The notes beneath the pieces are model-generated. The model saw only the letters and a program-made list of their open reading frames with translations. It ran no database searches and was not told the origin of the DNA. DNA of 29,681 bases from Myxococcota bacterium (lineage in GTDB: Bacteria; Myxococcota_A; UBA9160; UBA4427), in assembly GCA_036336835.1 (NCBI GenBank), contig JAYZFK010000044.1, positions 1-29,681 on the forward strand, read 5' to 3'. Of the stretch, positions 26,948 through 29,681 are shown in pieces (within the stretch, counting starts at the first letter, position 1; each line of letters starts with the position of its first letter). The position numbers and the translations under genes are program-made.

Positions 26948-27063
26948 CCCACTGCACAGCGCCTCCCCACTTGGCGCTCCGGAAACCGGGCCGGTCGTCC
27001 GAAGACGACCCCTGCGCCCCGGTGCGCGCTATTCCTTGCGAGTCCAGCTGTCGGGGGGATCGG

Positions 27064-29681
27064 GTGCAGGAGCTGTTCGAGGCGGTCCGCGAGGCGTGCT
27101 CGCGGCAAATCTGGTCGCTCGGCATCGAGCTGGCGCGCAACGAGTGCGTGGGCACCCGCGGCGGCGCCGGCACTGAGGACGAGCTGCGCCTCCAGGTGCA
27201 GATCCCCGGCGGCTCGATCGGCGCGCTGGTCTCGCTCTACCCCAAAGACGAGGACTGGGACTGCGATTGCACGAGCGCGGGCGACGCGTGCGAGCACGTC
27301 GTGGCCGCGGTGATCGCCGTGCGACGAGCCGAGAGCGAGGGCAAGCCCGTGGGCTCCGCCAGCCAGGCCGCCGGCCGCATCCGCTATCTGCTGACGCGCG
27401 AGCCCGGCGGCGGACTCTCGCTCGAGCGCGACGTGGTGACTGGCGATGTCGCCCAGCAACTGGTCACGACGCTCGACGCGATCTCCTCCGGGAGGGTCGG
27501 CGGCCCGCGCTTCACCGCCAGCCAGGCCGACATGGCGGTCGAGGTGGCGCTCGGTGCGCGACGCCGAGGGCCACTCGACGAAGTGACACTGCGTCGAGCG
27601 ATCGAGCCGTTGTCGCGCTGCGACGAGGTCTGGCTCGACGGCCAGCCGGTGCAAGTCTCGGCCGAGCTGGTGCGCCCGGTGGTGCGCGTGGAGGACGCGC
27701 CGCGCGGCTTTCGGGTTCGGCTCACCGACCCCCCGGGCATTCGCGAGCGTTTCTCGCTGGGCTTCGTGGTGTGCAACGAGGAGCTGCGCCCGGTTGGCGC
27801 CTCGCGGCTGACCGGCCGCGAGCTCCACGATCTGAAGCCGGGCCGCAGCTACTCGTTCGACGAGGCTCCGCAGATCGTGACCCAGCTGCTGCCGTCCCTG
27901 GCCGATCGGCTCGAGATCGACATCCAGACCGAAAAGCTCCCGACGACGACGCGCGGTGAGCGGCCGCGCGTCACCGTCGAGGCCGAGCGGCGCGGCGAAC
28001 AGCTCTCGGTGCTGGCCACGCTCGTCTACGGCGATCCGCCGATCGCGCGCATCGACGCGGGCCGGCTGGTGCATCTCAGCGGACCCATCCCGCTCCGCAG
28101 CCACGAGGCGGAGCGCCGCGAGGCATCGCGGGTCGCTGGTGAACTCGGCCTGGTGCCGGGCCGCCGCGTCAATTTCCGCGGGCAGGATGCGATCGAGATG
28201 GCCGCACGCGTTGCACGCTGGAAGGGCGCGGTGGTCGGGGATGCGCACCATCACTTCCACGCCACGGCTGCGATCGAGCCCTCGCTCTCGATCGAGGGCA
28301 CGCGGCTCGACCTGCAGTTTCACGTTCCCGGCGAGGACGACGAGCCGACTCGCGAGGTCGCGGCGTCGGCCGTGCTCGGCGCCTGGCAGCGCGGCGAATC
28401 GCTCGTGCCAATCCTGGGCGGGGGCATGGCGCCGCTGCCGGCCGATTGGCTCGAGCGCTTCGGCCCGCGCGTCGCCGATCTGCTGGCCGCGCGAGGCGAG
28501 CGCGGCGAGCTCGCGACCTGCGCGCTCCCGGACCTGGCGCGGCTGTGCCAGGAGCTCGACCGCCCGCCTCCGCCGCAGCTCGCGGCCCTGCGGCCACTGC
28601 TCGAAAACTTCGAGGGTCTGCCCGAGACGCCGCCGCCCGACGACCTGACGGCCGAGCTGCGCGACTACCAGCGAACGGGGATCGACTGGCTGTCGTTCCT
28701 GCGCGACGCCGGACTCGGGGCTCTGCTCGCCGACGACATGGGCCTCGGCAAGACCCTGCAGGCGTTGTGCGCCGCGACGGGCCGCACGCTGGTGGTGGCA
28801 CCGACGAGCGTGCTGTCGAACTGGCGCGACGAGGCCAACCGCTTCCGCCCGGACCTGCGGGTCCGCATCTACCACGGCCCGGGGCGCCGGCTCGACCCGC
28901 GCGCCGACCTCACGCTCACGAGCTACGCCATCCTGAGGATCGATGCGGCTGCGCTGCAGGCCGTCGACTGGGACTGCGTCGTGCTCGACGAGGCGCAGCT
29001 GATCAAGAACCCCGAGAGCCAGTCGGCCCAGGCCGCCTGCGCGCTGCACGCCAAGCAGCGGATGGCGCTGACCGGCACCCCGATCGAGAACCGCCTCGAG
29101 GAGCTCTGGAGCCAGCTGCACTTCCTGAACCGCGGGCTGCTCGGCGGCCGCGCCGACTTCCGCAACCGCTACGCGCGGCCGATTGCCGCCGGCGACCGCG
29201 ACGCCACGGTGCGACTGCGCGAGCGCATCAAGCCGTTCGTGCTGCGGCGGCTCAAGAGCGAGGTCGCGGCAGAGCTGCCTCCGCGCAGCGATGTCGTGCT
29301 GCGCTTCGAGCTGTCCGACGAAGAGCGCAGTCTGTACGACGCCGTGCGCGCCGCCGGGCTCGACGAGGCCGTCCGGGCGCTGCGCAGCGGCGGCAGCCTG
29401 ATGCCGGCGCTCGAGGTGCTGCTGCGCCTACGGCAAGCCGCCTGCCACGCGTCGCTGGTGCCCGGCGGGCCCCAGGACGTGGAGTCGTCGAAGCTCGAGC
29501 TGCTGATCATGCGGCTCGAAGAGGCGCGCGACGACGGACACCGGGCGCTGGTGTTCTCGCAGTGGACCAGCCTGCTCGATCGGATCGAGCCCGAGCTCGA
29601 GCGGAGCGCGATCGGCTTCGAGCGGCTCGACGGATCGACGCGCGACCGCGGCGCGGTGGTCCAGCGCTTCCAGTCGGGCTC
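27064..29681 (+). CDS. SWIM zinc-finger plus SNF2-family helicase/ATPase (runs off the window end)
   Basis: GTG 27064 follows GGGGGA. Motifs WDCDCTSAGDACEH (SWIM), LADDMGLGKT, VLDEAQ, LTGTPIEN, LRRLK, LVFSQW and RLDGST. It is absent from the ORF track because it has no stop within the window. Confidence 0.93.
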   Translation, partial: MQELFEAVREACSRQIWSLGIELARNECVGTRGGAGTEDELRLQVQIPGGSIGALVSLYPKDEDWDCDCTSAGDACEHVVAAVIAVRRAESEGKPVGSASQAAGRIRYLLTREPGGGLSLERDVVTGDVAQQLVTTLDAISSGRVGGPRFTASQADMAVEVALGARRRGPLDEVTLRRAIEPLSRCDEVWLDGQPVQVSAELVRPVVRVEDAPRGFRVRLTDPPGIRERFSLGFVVCNEELRPVGASRLTGRELHDLKPGRSYSFDEAPQIVTQLLPSLADRLEIDIQTEKLPTTTRGERPRVTVEAERRGEQLSVLATLVYGDPPIARIDAGRLVHLSGPIPLRSHEAERREASRVAGELGLVPGRRVNFRGQDAIEMAARVARWKGAVVGDAHHHFHATAAIEPSLSIEGTRLDLQFHVPGEDDEPTREVAASAVLGAWQRGESLVPILGGGMAPLPADWLERFGPRVADLLAARGERGELATCALPDLARLCQELDRPPPPQLAALRPLLENFEGLPETPPPDDLTAELRDYQRTGIDWLSFLRDAGLGALLADDMGLGKTLQALCAATGRTLVVAPTSVLSNWRDEANRFRPDLRVRIYHGPGRRLDPRADLTLTSYAILRIDAAALQAVDWDCVVLDEAQLIKNPESQSAQAACALHAKQRMALTGTPIENRLEELWSQLHFLNRGLLGGRADFRNRYARPIAAGDRDATVRLRERIKPFVLRRLKSEVAAELPPRSDVVLRFELSDEERSLYDAVRAAGLDEAVRALRSGGSLMPALEVLLRLRQAACHASLVPGGPQDVESSKLELLIMRLEEARDDGHRALVFSQWTSLLDRIEPELERSAIGFERLDGSTRDRGAVVQRFQSG

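Overview
High-GC bacterial DNA; the gene content suggests Myxococcota/'Deltaproteobacteria', but that is inference only. The window has two parts. (1) About 1-17,400 is an accessory region with visibly more A/T at third codon positions. It holds an IS481-type transposase remnant and a ~16-kb CoA-dependent catabolic cluster: MFS, MaoC, amidohydrolase, two acyl-CoA ligases, a paired acyl-CoA dehydrogenase, HpcH aldolase, TauD dioxygenase, two NIPSNAP-like proteins, a 2-hydroxyacid dehydrogenase, a double SnoaL protein and a crotonase. It also holds a 5'-truncated cytochrome P450 and a broken NucS-like nuclease. The cluster is bracketed by two direct copies of a ~88-bp non-coding element (288-375 and 16782-16870). 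Each copy joins an IS91/ISCR oriIS-like end to a 28-bp XerC/D dif-like site, with no transposase or recombinase beside it. This is the best candidate for an undescribed system: a rolling-circle plus Xer cargo-capture module. (2) About 17,400-29,681 looks like backbone. It holds a sigma54 activator without a sensor domain behind a sigma54 promoter, an isomerase/Ltp2-like thiolase/DUF35/DUF423 operon, a FecR-domain protein and a PEP-CTERM protein fused in frame to a TPR/beta-barrel protein. It ends with an L,D-transpeptidase, a CCA-adding-enzyme homologue that has lost its catalytic motifs, and a SWIM-SNF2 helicase running off the right edge. All calls come from motif recognition by eye; no searches were run.
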